Assembly: GCA_020050435.1 (NCBI GenBank)
Contig: JAGVKQ010000020.1
Location: 140,012 to 204,011, forward strand
Length of the DNA: 64,000 bases
Source of the DNA: Candidatus Caenarcanales bacterium
Lineage (GTDB): Bacteria > Cyanobacteriota > Vampirovibrionia > 2-02-FULL-35-15
Direction of reading: 5' to 3'
Notes under the pieces: model-generated
The model's input: the letters and a program-made list of their open reading frames with translations, nothing else
The model's database searches: none
Told to the model about the DNA's origin: nothing
Shown here: positions 49,123 through 59,957 of the stretch, in pieces
Layout of the letters: each line of letters begins with the position of its first letter
How positions within the stretch are numbered: position 1 is the stretch's first letter
Made by a program: the position numbers and the translations under genes

Positions 49123-50721
49123 AAACACCCATTCCTTTTTCAGGATATGGTGCATTTAATGAAGCTGAAATTGAATGTGCTAAAACTTCTCTCGTGTCTG
49201 CTGGATCTATAATTCCATCATCCCATAATCTCGCTGTAGCATAATAGGCAGAACTTTCTAAAGCATACTTTTCAAGGGTAGGTTTTTTAAACTCTTCTTC
49301 TTCTTCTTTAGTCATAGGAGGTAAACCTTTAGCTGCTAACTGATCTTTTTTAACTGTAAGTAAAACACTGGCTGCTTGCTCTCCACCCATCACAGATACT
49401 CTGGAGTTAGGCCATGCCCAAATCATTCTAGGTCCATAAGCGCGCCCACACATAGCATAATTTCCAGCTCCGTGAGATCCACCGATAATCACAGTAAACT
49501 TTGGAACAGCGGCATTTGCTACTGCCTGAACCATCTTGGCTCCGTCTTTAGCTATTCCACCAGCTTCAAACTGTTTTCCCACCATAAAACCTACTATGTT
49601 TTGTAAAAAGACAAGAGGAATTTTTCTCTGATCACAAAGCTCTATAAAATGTGTAGCTTTTAAAGCACTTTCACTAAATAAGATTCCATTATTTGCAATG
49701 ATACCCACTGGATAGCCTTTTATTCTGGCAAATCCACATACGATAGTTTTTCCATAAAGAGCTTTAAATTCCTGAAACTCACTTCCATCTACTAAACAAG
49801 CAATAACTTTTTTACATCATATTGTCTTCTGGTATCTTTAGGAATAATTCCATAAATTTCTTTTGAATCAAAAAGAGGACCCATTGGATGTCTTATATCT
49901 ATTTCTGTTTTCTTTTTAAGATTTAAATTATCAACTAATTTTCTGGTTATGTTTATAGCATCTTCATCATTTTCAGCATAGTAATCAGTTACACCTGAAA
50001 TTTTACAGTGAACATCAGCCCCACCAAGATCTTCAGCTGTGACCTCTTCACCAGTAGCTGCTTTTACTAGTGGTGGTCCACCTAAAAAAATTGTTCCTTG
50101 GTTTTTAACAATAATAGCCTGATCACTCATAGCAGGAACATAAGCACCACCTGCAGTGCAAGATCCCATAACTACTGCTATCTGAGGGATTCCAGCTGCT
50201 GACATTTTTGCCTGGTTGTAAAAGATCCTTCCAAAATGTTCTTTATCAGCAAACACTTCTGACTGAAGTGGTAAAAATGCTCCACCGGAATCCACCAGAT
50301 AAATACATGGAAGATGATTATCCATAGCAATTTCCTGAGCTCGCAAATGTTTTTTTACAGTAAGGGGGTAGTAAGTTCCTCCTTTAACCGTGGCATCATT
50401 AGCAATAATAATTATTTCTTTCCCATGGATCAAACCAATACCAGTAATTATTCCAGCAGAAGGAGCATCGTTATTATAGACATCACAAGCAGCAAGAGAA
50501 CTAAACTCTAAAAATTTAGAACCTACATCAATTAACTTTTCAATTCTTTCTCTTACAAAAAGTTTTCCTCTACTTTTATGCTTTTCAAGTAAATCTTTTC
50601 CGCCACCCAATTTTGTAATTTCAAGTCTTGCCTTAAATTCAGAAATTAAACTTTCCATGAAAGATTTATTCTCTTGGAAAGAGGGGTCAGATGAATTAAT
50701 ATTTGGTGTTAAAACAGCCAT
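49112..50721 (-). pseudogene. methylcrotonyl-CoA carboxylase beta subunit split by a 1-nt frameshift at 49807-49813 (pseudogene, assembly error or recoding)
   Basis: N-half [11 protein letters not shown]...GSCTAGGAY; the -1 frame continues [41 protein letters not shown] into the C-half. Confidence 0.85.
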
Positions 50722-50850
50722 AGAAAAATTGATGGTTAATAGTTGATTGTTTAGAACAACCAATATACTAAAATATACCCTTAATTATAACGTTCTTTGC
50801 AAAAGAATTTCAAATTTTTAGTAAGATAATAGTCTCTAAGGATAAAAATT

Positions 50851-51990
50851 ATGGATTTTTCACTAAATAAAGATCAAATATTACTTCAAGAAACTATTAA
50901 AAACTTTGTAGAAAAAGAAGTCAAACCAAAAGCTAAAAATTGGGATGAAAAAGAAGAAGTCCCTTTAGATGTAATTAAAAAATTAGGTGACATGGGAATT
51001 ATGGGAATGAGTGTAAGTCATGACTATGACGGCTCAGGATTAGATATGATTTCTACAGCTCTGGTTATAGAAGAATTAGCTAAAGGTGATGGATCGTTAG
51101 CACTTACAATCGCTGCTCATAGTGGACTAGCATGTGGACACATATCCAGATTTGGAAGTGAAGAACAAAAGAAAAAATATTTACCTGACATTGCTAGTGG
51201 AAAAAAACTAGGCGGGTGGGCACTCACTGAACCCGGCTCAGGATCAGACGCCAGTGCATTAAAGACAAAAGCTGTAAAAAATGGAAATGACTGGATTTTA
51301 AATGGAACAAAGATGTTTATTACTAACGCTACTGTCGGTGAAACGTTTACAGTATTAGCTTCTACAGAACCTGAAAAAAAACAAAAAGGCATTACAGCAT
51401 TTATTTTAGAAAAAGGTGACAAAGGTTTTAAAGCAGGGAAAAAATTAGAAAAAATGGGAATGCGATCCTCTGATACTGGGGAATTGATTCTTGAAGATGT
51501 AAAAATTCCTGACACTAGAAGATTAGGAAATATAAATGAAGGTTTTATAAATACCCTTATGATGCTGGACAAAGGAAGAATAGGCATAGGAGCACTTTCA
51601 TTAGGATTAGCTGAAGGAGCATTAGAAGAGTCACTTAAATACGTAAATCAAAGAGAAACTTTTGGAAAACTTTTAAAAGAACATCAGGCAATAGATTTTA
51701 TGTTGGCGGATATGAAAGTAGAAATAGAAGCTGCCAAGTTATTAATAATGAGAGCTGCTTCTTTAGCTGATGCAGGAAAACCATATACATTGGAAGCATC
51801 AATTGCTAAACTATACGCTTCTGAAATGGCAATGAGAGTATGTACTAAGGCTATTCAGATACATGGTGGATATGGCTATACAAGAGAGTTTCCAGTAGAA
51901 AGAATGTTAAGAGATGCCAAGCTCTGTGAAATAGGTGAAGGCACTAGTGAAATACAAAGACTTGTTATTTCAAGAGAAATGTTGAAATAA
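50851..51990 (+). CDS. acyl-CoA dehydrogenase
   Basis: ALTEPGSGSDA, NGTKMFITN, IQIHGGYGY, IGEGTSEIQR. Confidence 0.93.
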   Translation: MDFSLNKDQILLQETIKNFVEKEVKPKAKNWDEKEEVPLDVIKKLGDMGIMGMSVSHDYDGSGLDMISTALVIEELAKGDGSLALTIAAHSGLACGHISRFGSEEQKKKYLPDIASGKKLGGWALTEPGSGSDASALKTKAVKNGNDWILNGTKMFITNATVGETFTVLASTEPEKKQKGITAFILEKGDKGFKAGKKLEKMGMRSSDTGELILEDVKIPDTRRLGNINEGFINTLMMLDKGRIGIGALSLGLAEGALEESLKYVNQRETFGKLLKEHQAIDFMLADMKVEIEAAKLLIMRAASLADAGKPYTLEASIAKLYASEMAMRVCTKAIQIHGGYGYTREFPVERMLRDAKLCEIGEGTSEIQRLVISREMLK

Positions 51991-52060
51991 TATCTTTTCT
52001 TTCAAACCTTAAATAAATTTAATTTGCTTATTTTATAAAACATATATAATAAACCGGATT

Positions 52061-52483
52061 ATGTATCCCATAGACAGAATCCCAAAAATGACTATCCATC
52101 ATCGTAATTATGATAAGGTATATCTCCATTTTGGTGATGGCAAATTAAGCGGTGATAGTAGTAGTTATTGGGTTTGGACATTTAACATATTAATTTCAAA
52201 CACTTCAGGCTCAAGATTAAAATATGATATAGCAACAATAGCACTTAGACTTGATACTACCTCTAAAAAAGTTGCAGTAACAGCAGTAAATAGAAATCGT
52301 GTGTTTATTATAGATACCCTTGTAAAGTTAGTAGCAAATAATAAAACAGAGATGGAAAAACCATCTCATATCGCTGCTAAATTAGGAGGAGATAGCGAAG
52401 CTAAAGAATATGAGTTCACTCTTCGAATTACAGACACACCAAACCTAAGAGATAAATTAAAAGAGCGTGGATTAATCAAGTGA
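52061..52483 (+). CDS. hypothetical protein
   Basis: 140 aa ORF in a gap. Confidence 0.6.
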   Translation: MYPIDRIPKMTIHHRNYDKVYLHFGDGKLSGDSSSYWVWTFNILISNTSGSRLKYDIATIALRLDTTSKKVAVTAVNRNRVFIIDTLVKLVANNKTEMEKPSHIAAKLGGDSEAKEYEFTLRITDTPNLRDKLKERGLIK

Positions 52484-52497
52484 ATTATTTAAAGAAA

Positions 52498-52827
52498 TTA
52501 TGTGGGTAAATAAACTGTTCTTTCAAGAGGCAGACTATTTATAGGCATAGAGCAAGTCCATTCTAAAAGGGGAGGGCTAGATGAACTGGTAATCGCTAAA
52601 TATGATCTTTCAGTATGAATAGGAATTTCACTAGCAGCATTCACATTTACATCTAAACTATTTCCATTTTTAGCTATATATAGACTTACTTTATTACCAA
52701 TAGCATAATCATGCATTCCAGTAGTATCTATCTCTAAAAAACGTTTACCTTCAAAAATGCGATGAGTAAGTCTTGCGTGATCTCCAACATATATGGATTT
52801 GCCTGGTTGTATTCTAAGAACTGGCAT
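52498..52827 (-). CDS. degenerate CsrA-like protein with two partial CsrA repeats
   Basis: MPVLRIQPGKSIYVGD and IGNKVSLYIAKNGNSLDVNVNAASEIPIHTERSY align by eye to CsrA. Confidence 0.55.
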   Translation of the reverse strand: MPVLRIQPGKSIYVGDHARLTHRIFEGKRFLEIDTTGMHDYAIGNKVSLYIAKNGNSLDVNVNAASEIPIHTERSYLAITSSSSPPLLEWTCSMPINSLPLERTVYLPT

Positions 52828-52982
52828 AAAAAAAGAATAAAACAATTTTGTATTTTAATGCTAAATGTTAATTATTCTTTTCTAATCTTAGGGAGTAATA
52901 CAATTTAATAGATTAATTTATTTTAATGTTTCATTACTCTAATTAACTAAATAATATAATTATTTATGATTAAAGGATAAAT

Positions 52983-53498
52983 ATGACACATGTTCCACCA
53001 TTAGATGCACTAGCTAGAACACCTGCAAAGTTAATTGAAATAAAAAAAGATCCCATAGAATTCACAATTGGGAATAATGGTAGTGCTTTAGATATTCAAT
53101 TAGCCAATTTCAGAAGAAACAATCCTCATTTTAATGGGCATATTGTCTGGCAAAGTGATATTAATTCCGTCCATAATGGACGCATCATAAAAATTGGGAC
53201 CTTACATTTAAATTTACCGACCAGGAATAACACTATTTTATTAAGAACTTTAAGTAGTGATGTAAATATTGAAATAATGGGAGATATATTAGTGGAGCAA
53301 CTAGGAAAAGTGTGCACTCAAACACCATGGAATAGATATCTGTATCGCAAGGAAAGAAGTTGTTATGATGGCGATAGATTTAAAATGTCAATGACTCTTG
53401 ATGAGCCATTTTTTACAAGAATGCTATTCGTTAAAAAAGGTACTATAGCTACTCCTATTGATCAACTTTCCTTCAAGTCCCCTTCAGTTTCAGTATAA
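52983..53498 (+). CDS. hypothetical protein
   Basis: 171 aa; SD AAAGGA. Confidence 0.65.
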   Translation: MTHVPPLDALARTPAKLIEIKKDPIEFTIGNNGSALDIQLANFRRNNPHFNGHIVWQSDINSVHNGRIIKIGTLHLNLPTRNNTILLRTLSSDVNIEIMGDILVEQLGKVCTQTPWNRYLYRKERSCYDGDRFKMSMTLDEPFFTRMLFVKKGTIATPIDQLSFKSPSVSV

Positions 53499-53557
53499 AA
53501 AATACAGCTTTCATAACTTTTCTCTCTCTTTTCCTATAAAAATGGAATAATTTAAAT

Positions 53558-55312
53558 ATGAAATTTTTAATCATCGGTGCATCTGGTTTAGTAGGTAATG
53601 CTCTTCTTCAAGAAGGGAAAAAATTAAATCATGAAGTTTTAGGCACTTACTTAAAAAATAAAAGAGAAGGTCTAACTTATTTAGATTATGGAAATAAAAA
53701 AGAAGTAAAAACTCTTATAGATAATTTCTCCCCTGATGTTATTTTATGCCCAGCAGCAAATCCAAATGTAGACTGGAATGAAGAAAATCCTAAAGAGGGT
53801 TGGAATAACAATGTCCAAAGTTTAAACAATCTTCTTGAAATTGTTTCTGATAAAAATATAGATTTTGCTTTTTATAGCACTGATTATTTATTTGATGGGA
53901 AAGATGGTCCTTACTCAGAAGATGTTACTCCTAATCCTATTAATGTATATGGAAAACAAAAGCTTGCTGCTGAGACCCTTGTTAAAAGCTATCTTCCAGG
54001 AAAAAATTATATTTTCAGAACAACTTTAGTTTTTGGGTATGAATTTCAAGGTAAAAATTATGCCTACTCTGTAGTAAAGAATCTTTCATCAAACAAAGAA
54101 ATCAAAGCAGCAAATGATTTATGCGCCACACCCACATATGTCAAAGACATAGCTAGATTTACCTATGAAACCATAAAAAGAAAAACGTATGGCACTTATA
54201 ATCTTGCCAGCAATGATTTTATAAGTAGGTTTGACTTTGCAAATAAAGTAGCAGAAGCTTTTAATTTAAACAAATCTTTAATATTACCCACTACGTATAA
54301 AGAAATGAATGTAAAAACTCAAAGACCATTAAAAGGTGGATTAACCAATAAAAGAATAACTGAATTAACAGGATTGCAATTCACTAGCTTAGAAGATGCT
54401 CTTAAAGACATGAAAAATGATGTGGGCGCGAGCAGGCGAGGTTTGCAAACCTCGCCTGACTTGCCAAGACAAGTCTCAACATCAAAGATTTGTATTTTCA
54501 TTCCTTGTTATAATGCCACCATTACATTACCGAAAGTTTTTGAAAGAATACCAAAAGAAGTAAAAGAAAAAGTAGAAGAAGTATTTGTCATTGATAATGA
54601 CAGCTCTGATTCTACATATTTAATGGCTATAGGATATAGAGAGAAAAAATCTGACATAAAGAATTTAAAAATCTTTAAAAATGAAAAGAACTTTGGCTAT
54701 GGCGGCAGCCAGAAAGTAGCATATGCTCATGCTATAAAAAGCGGATATGACATGGTAGTGATGCTACACGGTGATGCACAATATGCTCCTGAAAAACTTC
54801 CTATAATGATACAAAAAATGGAAGAAGATCCCTCTATTGATTTACTTTTTGGGTCAAGAATGAATGGTGATCCTCTTAAAGGTGGAATGCCATTTCACAG
54901 GTTCTTAGGAAACAAAGCACTAACTTTCATGCAAAACTTTTTGCTCAGAACAAATATCAGCGAGTTTCACTCTGGTTATAGAATATTTAGAACATCAGCT
55001 CTAAAAAAAGTCCCATTTCATCTTTGTAGCAGTGATTACCATTTTGACACTGAGGTAATTATATTATTTATTAAAAACAAATTAAACATAGCAGAAGTTC
55101 CTATAGACACTCATTATGGAGATGAAAAAAATTATGTGAAGATTTGGCAGTATGGGCTAAATGTTCTTATAGCGACATTAGCTTTCTTTTTATATCAAAA
55201 AGGAATTAGAAAATTATTTAACTTTAATTTAGAAAAATATGAGATGTATAAAGAGAACGTAGAAGCTGATGTTGAAAAAATAACTAAAGATTTCAAAAGT
55301 GAACAATATTAG
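53558..55312 (+). CDS. fusion of an RmlD-like NDP-sugar reductase and a GT2 glycosyltransferase
   Basis: GASGLVG, STDYLFDG, YGKQK; then IPCYN, DNDSSD, LHGDAQY, EFHSGYR. Confidence 0.88.
   Translation: MKFLIIGASGLVGNALLQEGKKLNHEVLGTYLKNKREGLTYLDYGNKKEVKTLIDNFSPDVILCPAANPNVDWNEENPKEGWNNNVQSLNNLLEIVSDKNIDFAFYSTDYLFDGKDGPYSEDVTPNPINVYGKQKLAAETLVKSYLPGKNYIFRTTLVFGYEFQGKNYAYSVVKNLSSNKEIKAANDLCATPTYVKDIARFTYETIKRKTYGTYNLASNDFISRFDFANKVAEAFNLNKSLILPTTYKEMNVKTQRPLKGGLTNKRITELTGLQFTSLEDALKDMKNDVGASRRGLQTSPDLPRQVSTSKICIFIPCYNATITLPKVFERIPKEVKEKVEEVFVIDNDSSDSTYLMAIGYREKKSDIKNLKIFKNEKNFGYGGSQKVAYAHAIKSGYDMVVMLHGDAQYAPEKLPIMIQKMEEDPSIDLLFGSRMNGDPLKGGMPFHRFLGNKALTFMQNFLLRTNISEFHSGYRIFRTSALKKVPFHLCSSDYHFDTEVIILFIKNKLNIAEVPIDTHYGDEKNYVKIWQYGLNVLIATLAFFLYQKGIRKLFNFNLEKYEMYKENVEADVEKITKDFKSEQY
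54422..54480. repeat. composite palindromes forming the interdomain linker
   Basis: 26-bp perfect caggcgaggtttgcaaacctcgcctg plus REP-like gacttgccaagacaagtctcaac. Confidence 0.75.
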
Positions 55313-55839
55313 ACATTGAAATCAGAATAGTTTTTATCTTTTTCAGAAATTATAGGCTCTGAGAAAATCCAATTAATGTTAAAAGCTTTATCATTCCATC
55401 TAACTCCAGCATAGGTATCAGCATTAAATGGCACTGACATATGATAAACAACTTCAGTTTTATCTTCTAGAGTTTGATATCCATGAGCAAATCCTTCAGG
55501 CAAATAAATCATTTTATATTCATTTGCTTTTAAAGTTACTGAATACCATTTCTTAAATGTAGGAGACTCTTTTCTCAAGTCTATAATCACATCATATATA
55601 GAACCACTAGTACATCTAACTAGTTTCCCTTCTTCATGAGGTTTTTTTTGATAGTGCATTCCTCGCAACGTCTCTTTTTTTTCATTAAAAGCAATGCTAA
55701 TTTGTGACAAGTTTGGATTTAAGCCCTGTTTTTGAAAATCCTCTTTACAAAAATAACGTGCAAAGAAGCCACGATCATCAGACACTTTCTCAAGCTCTAT
55801 AAGAAAAGCACCTTTTAAAGGAGTCTCAATGAATTTCAT
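55309..55839 (-). CDS. rfbC: NDP-4-keto-6-deoxyhexose 3,5-epimerase (RmlC family)
   Basis: DDRGFF, TLRGMHYQ, KLVRC, GFAHGYQTL. Confidence 0.9.
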   Translation of the reverse strand: MKFIETPLKGAFLIELEKVSDDRGFFARYFCKEDFQKQGLNPNLSQISIAFNEKKETLRGMHYQKKPHEEGKLVRCTSGSIYDVIIDLRKESPTFKKWYSVTLKANEYKMIYLPEGFAHGYQTLEDKTEVVYHMSVPFNADTYAGVRWNDKAFNINWIFSEPIISEKDKNYSDFNV

Positions 55840-56929
55840 GCTTACACTCTATATTTTCATACTTATTTATTTGCTCTAACGTAATTTTTTTCATATCACA
55901 TTTGTTTTTATAAGCATCATACCAATCAGCAGTAAAAGAAATAGCTTCTTCTACTGATAATGCCTGCTGCCAATTAAGCACAGTATTTGCTTTTGTACAA
56001 TTCAGTTTTAATAAACTGGCTTCATGGGGATTAGAATCTGTATCAATTCTCCAGTCTAACTTTCCACCTTTTTCTTTCCAGCGTTTAGAAAATTCTTCCA
56101 CAACCCACTCTACAGTTTTAACATCATTGTCTTTCGGACCAAAATTCCAACCTTCAGCATATTCAATGCCATTTTCATAAAGCTTTTGAGCTAGAAGCAA
56201 ATAACCACTTAGAGGTTCTAATACATGCTGCCAAGGACGAGTCGCTTTAGGATTTCTGATTTTTAACTCTTTGTTAAAAATACCAGCCCTAACCATATCT
56301 GGAACGACTCTATCATTAGCAAAATCTCCACCACCAATTACGTTTCCAGCTCTTGCAGAAGCCAAAGCCACTTTATGCAATGAATAATATTTAGGGTTGA
56401 AAAATGATTGTCTATAAGCGCTAGTCACGAGTTCTGCACAACCCTTACTGCTAGAGTATGGATCATATCCTCCCATAGAATCATTTTCTTTATATCCTAT
56501 ATCCAAACCTTTGTTTTCATAACATTTATCTGATGTAACAATGACAACAGATCGAACAAAATCAACTTTTCTAATAACTTCTAAGACATTTGCAGTTCCA
56601 ATAACATTGCTCATATAAGTTTCAAGAGGATTTTTATATGACTCTCTAACCAAGGATTGTGCTGCCATATGAATTATTATTTCAGGCTTATTTTCATTTA
56701 TTACTTTATTTAAATTTTCAAGATCTAAAATGTTTCCTATTATCGAATCAATCTCATTTTTCAATGAAATAATTTCATACATATTAATTTCAGTAGGGGG
56801 TTTTAAAGAATAGCCAATTACATTTGCACCTAATTTTTTCAACCAAAAAGAAAGCCAAACACCTTTAAACCCTGTATGTCCGGTAATGAGGACTTTCTTG
56901 CCTTTCCAGAAATTTAAATTATCTACCAT
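55826..56929 (-). CDS. rfbG: CDP-glucose 4,6-dehydratase
   Basis: [41 protein letters not shown]. Confidence 0.94.
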   Translation of the reverse strand: MVDNLNFWKGKKVLITGHTGFKGVWLSFWLKKLGANVIGYSLKPPTEINMYEIISLKNEIDSIIGNILDLENLNKVINENKPEIIIHMAAQSLVRESYKNPLETYMSNVIGTANVLEVIRKVDFVRSVVIVTSDKCYENKGLDIGYKENDSMGGYDPYSSSKGCAELVTSAYRQSFFNPKYYSLHKVALASARAGNVIGGGDFANDRVVPDMVRAGIFNKELKIRNPKATRPWQHVLEPLSGYLLLAQKLYENGIEYAEGWNFGPKDNDVKTVEWVVEEFSKRWKEKGGKLDWRIDTDSNPHEASLLKLNCTKANTVLNWQQALSVEEAISFTADWYDAYKNKCDMKKITLEQINKYENIECKHEIH

Positions 56930-57690
56930 ACTTTCCATGGAGCTTTATTTGATTCCCAAAGTGAATTTAATAAATTCTTTTCTCTAAGAGTATCCATAGC
57001 TTGCCAGAAACCAGAATGTTTATAAACTGAAAGTTGACTCTCTTTAGCAAGCTTTTCAAGCGGTTCTCTTTCCCAGTTTGTATTGTCATCTGCTATATAA
57101 TCAATTGTTTTTGGTTCAAGGATAAAAAACCCACCATTAATCCAGCCACCCTCACCATCTGGTTTTTCAATAAAACTAGTAACTTTTTCATTTTCAATAT
57201 CCATATAACCATATCGTCCAGGAGGTTGTACTGCAGTTACAGTAGCTAATTTTTTATGTTTCTTATGAAAATCAATTAACTCTTTTATATTTACATCACT
57301 TACACCATCTCCATACGTAAAACAAAATGGTTCATTATCTAAAAAATTTTTTACTCTTTTAAGTCTTCCGCCAGTACCTGTAGTTTCACCAGTATCTACC
57401 AGTGTTACTTTCCATGGTTCAGAATGCTTTTCATGAATTTCCATTTTATTATTTTGAATATCAAAGGTAACATCTGATGTGTATAAAAAATAGTTTGCAA
57501 AATATTGCTTAATCATAAAAGATTTATATCCACAACAAACTATAAAATCATTTATTCCATGGGTTGAATAAATTTTCATAATGTGCCATAAAATCGGCAT
57601 ATGACCAATTTCAACCATTGGTTTTGGTTTAATATAAGTTTCTTCTGATATTCTGGTTCCTAAGCCACCAGCTAAAATTACTGCTTTCAT
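56923..57690 (-). CDS. rfbF: glucose-1-phosphate cytidylyltransferase
   Basis: [33 protein letters not shown]. Confidence 0.95.
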   Translation of the reverse strand: MKAVILAGGLGTRISEETYIKPKPMVEIGHMPILWHIMKIYSTHGINDFIVCCGYKSFMIKQYFANYFLYTSDVTFDIQNNKMEIHEKHSEPWKVTLVDTGETTGTGGRLKRVKNFLDNEPFCFTYGDGVSDVNIKELIDFHKKHKKLATVTAVQPPGRYGYMDIENEKVTSFIEKPDGEGGWINGGFFILEPKTIDYIADDNTNWEREPLEKLAKESQLSVYKHSGFWQAMDTLREKNLLNSLWESNKAPWKVW

Positions 57691-57754
57691 GAAAGTTCTC
57701 TAGTTATATTATTACCCAAACAAGTGCTTTTTAGCTTACAATTATCTGTAGTTT

Positions 57755-59095
57755 ATGGTAAATGAAGTAAAAAAATCAGAAAAAGAGATCCACGACTCAA
57801 TTATGTCTCTTATTAAAGAGTGGCATGAAGTAAAGTTTTCAAAAAAAGATTTTAAGCCTGGTGAAACGTACGTAAATTACAGCGGAAGAGTTTTTGATGA
57901 AAAAGAACTTTTAAACCTTATAGACTCCTCCTTGGAGTTCTGGCTAACAGGTGGAAAATATGACAATGAATTTTGTGAAGGCTTATCTAAATATTTAGGT
58001 GTTAAACATGCTCTTACTGTTAACTCAGGATCATCAGCAAATCTACTTGCTTTTTCAGCACTTACTGCACCTGAATTGGACAGGATCAATAAAAGAATAA
58101 TTCCAGGTGATGAATTTATAACAGTAGCAGCTTCATTTCCCACTACAGTTAATCCAGCCATCCAGTTTGGTCTCACACCTGTATTTTTAGACATTGAACT
58201 TGGAACATATAACATTGATATAAATAAACTTGAAGAAGCAATTTCTGAAAAAACAAAATTAATTATGATTGCTCACACCCTAGGCAACCCATTTAACATT
58301 GATGAAGTTATGAAGGTTGCTAAAAAGCATAACCTCTGGGTAATTGAGGATACTTGTGATGCATTAGGAAGCACTTATGATGGAAAGCTCTGTGGCACCA
58401 TAGGAGACATAGGAACACTTAGTTTTTATCCAGCTCATCAAATTACCATGGGTGAAGGTGGAGCAGTAGTAACAAACAATTCGATACTTAAAATGTATCT
58501 AAATAGCTTCAGAGATTGGGGAAGAGACTGCTGGTGTCCATCAGGAAAAGACAATACATGCGGAAAAAGATTTGGATGGGAATTAGGAAGTTTGCCTCCT
58601 GGCTATGACCATAAATATATTTATTCACATATTGGATATAACTTAAAAATTACTGACATGCAAGCTGCGATAGGACTTGCTCAATTAGATAAGCTTGAAT
58701 CATTTATAAGTGCTAGAAAAAGAAATCACAAAGCTATTTATGATGCATTAAAGCCTTTTGAAAATTTTCTTATACTTCATGAAGCTACAAAAAAATCTGA
58801 TCCATGTTGGTTTGGATTTATGATTTATGTCAAACCAGAAGCTCCATTTTCAAAACAAGATTTCGTTCTTTATCTGGAAGAAAACAAAATAGCCACAAGA
58901 AATCTTTTTGCTGGAAACATCTTAAGACAACCTGCTTATGCTGCTCTTAAACACAGAATAGTAGGCGATTTAAAAAACACTGACTTAACTATGAATAATG
59001 CATTTTGGGTGGGTGTTTATCCAGGAATTGATGACAATAGAAGAAATTACATGATTGATCACTTAGTGAAGTTTTGCAAGAAGCATATTACATAG
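57755..59095 (+). CDS. rfbH: CDP-4-keto-6-deoxyglucose 3-dehydratase (RfbH/DdhC)
   Basis: VNSGSSANL, EDTCDALG, SFYPAHQITMGEGG (His in place of the PLP Lys), GRDCWC. Confidence 0.92.
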   Translation: MVNEVKKSEKEIHDSIMSLIKEWHEVKFSKKDFKPGETYVNYSGRVFDEKELLNLIDSSLEFWLTGGKYDNEFCEGLSKYLGVKHALTVNSGSSANLLAFSALTAPELDRINKRIIPGDEFITVAASFPTTVNPAIQFGLTPVFLDIELGTYNIDINKLEEAISEKTKLIMIAHTLGNPFNIDEVMKVAKKHNLWVIEDTCDALGSTYDGKLCGTIGDIGTLSFYPAHQITMGEGGAVVTNNSILKMYLNSFRDWGRDCWCPSGKDNTCGKRFGWELGSLPPGYDHKYIYSHIGYNLKITDMQAAIGLAQLDKLESFISARKRNHKAIYDALKPFENFLILHEATKKSDPCWFGFMIYVKPEAPFSKQDFVLYLEENKIATRNLFAGNILRQPAYAALKHRIVGDLKNTDLTMNNAFWVGVYPGIDDNRRNYMIDHLVKFCKKHIT

Positions 59096-59194
59096 GACTT
59101 GTGCATTTTGTATGCAAACCACATGCCAACGCTTGCTACTCCCAGGGGTCAACGCAATCTTATGGCATATGGTTTGGTTTTGCACAAATCCTAT
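59092..59194. repeat. long imperfect inverted repeat between convergent genes
   Basis: ataggacttgtgca/tgcacaaatcctat and caaaccacatgcca/tggcatatggtttg arms. Confidence 0.7.
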
Positions 59195-59196
59195 AA

Positions 59197-59928
59197 TCAG
59201 TTTATTAAATTAAACTGCTTCCCAATCAGAAAACAAATAATAAGTGTGACATTATGGCACATATGAATAATTACTGGAGGAATAAGAGAGCCAGTAAGAT
59301 ATCTAGCTAAGCTTAAAACTAAACCATAAGCTATAAATAAAACTACTAAAATCTCTGCATTACCCACATTCATATAATGTGAAAATCCAAAAAGCAGAGA
59401 AGTTAATGCAACTGCAAAGAAGCTGTTTATTTTACTTTGAAAGAATGGAAAAAGAAAGCCACGATAGAAAACTTCCTCTAGGAATGGAGCCAAGATAGCA
59501 CCTACTATTAAAAAAACAAGTCCAACAGGATCCTTAGACATATCAAGTGCATGAAAATCTTTTGGAGCCATGGAAATTAAAATTGGAGAGGAAAGTATAG
59601 GCATTAAGATTCCTACTGCAAGTGATTTTAAGTAAATTTCTTTTGAAACTGGGATAAAAAAGAAACCTTCTTTTAAAGTCTTATTTCGTCTTTTACAGAC
59701 AAAATAATAAATGAGATAGTAATTCAAGAATAAAGAGGGGAAAGACAATAAAGTTCTAAAATGGACAGAAGAAAGAAGACTTGCATACCTGGGAAAAATT
59801 TGTTCAAGAATGTATGGGATTATAAGAATAAAGAGAATTAAACTAAAAAACATTAGAAATAATAAAGAAAAAAAAGCTTTCCAGGAAAGAAAATCATATT
59901 TGCTTTTTTCATCTTTTTTAAAGCACAT
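59197..59928 (-). CDS. CPBP (CAAX/Abi) intramembrane protease
   Basis: LEEVFYRG, LFGFSH, IIHMCHN. Confidence 0.9.
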   Translation of the reverse strand: MCFKKDEKSKYDFLSWKAFFSLLFLMFFSLILFILIIPYILEQIFPRYASLLSSVHFRTLLSFPSLFLNYYLIYYFVCKRRNKTLKEGFFFIPVSKEIYLKSLAVGILMPILSSPILISMAPKDFHALDMSKDPVGLVFLIVGAILAPFLEEVFYRGFLFPFFQSKINSFFAVALTSLLFGFSHYMNVGNAEILVVLFIAYGLVLSLARYLTGSLIPPVIIHMCHNVTLIICFLIGKQFNLIN

Positions 59929-59957
59929 ATTAATATGATATACGATAAAATAGAACT

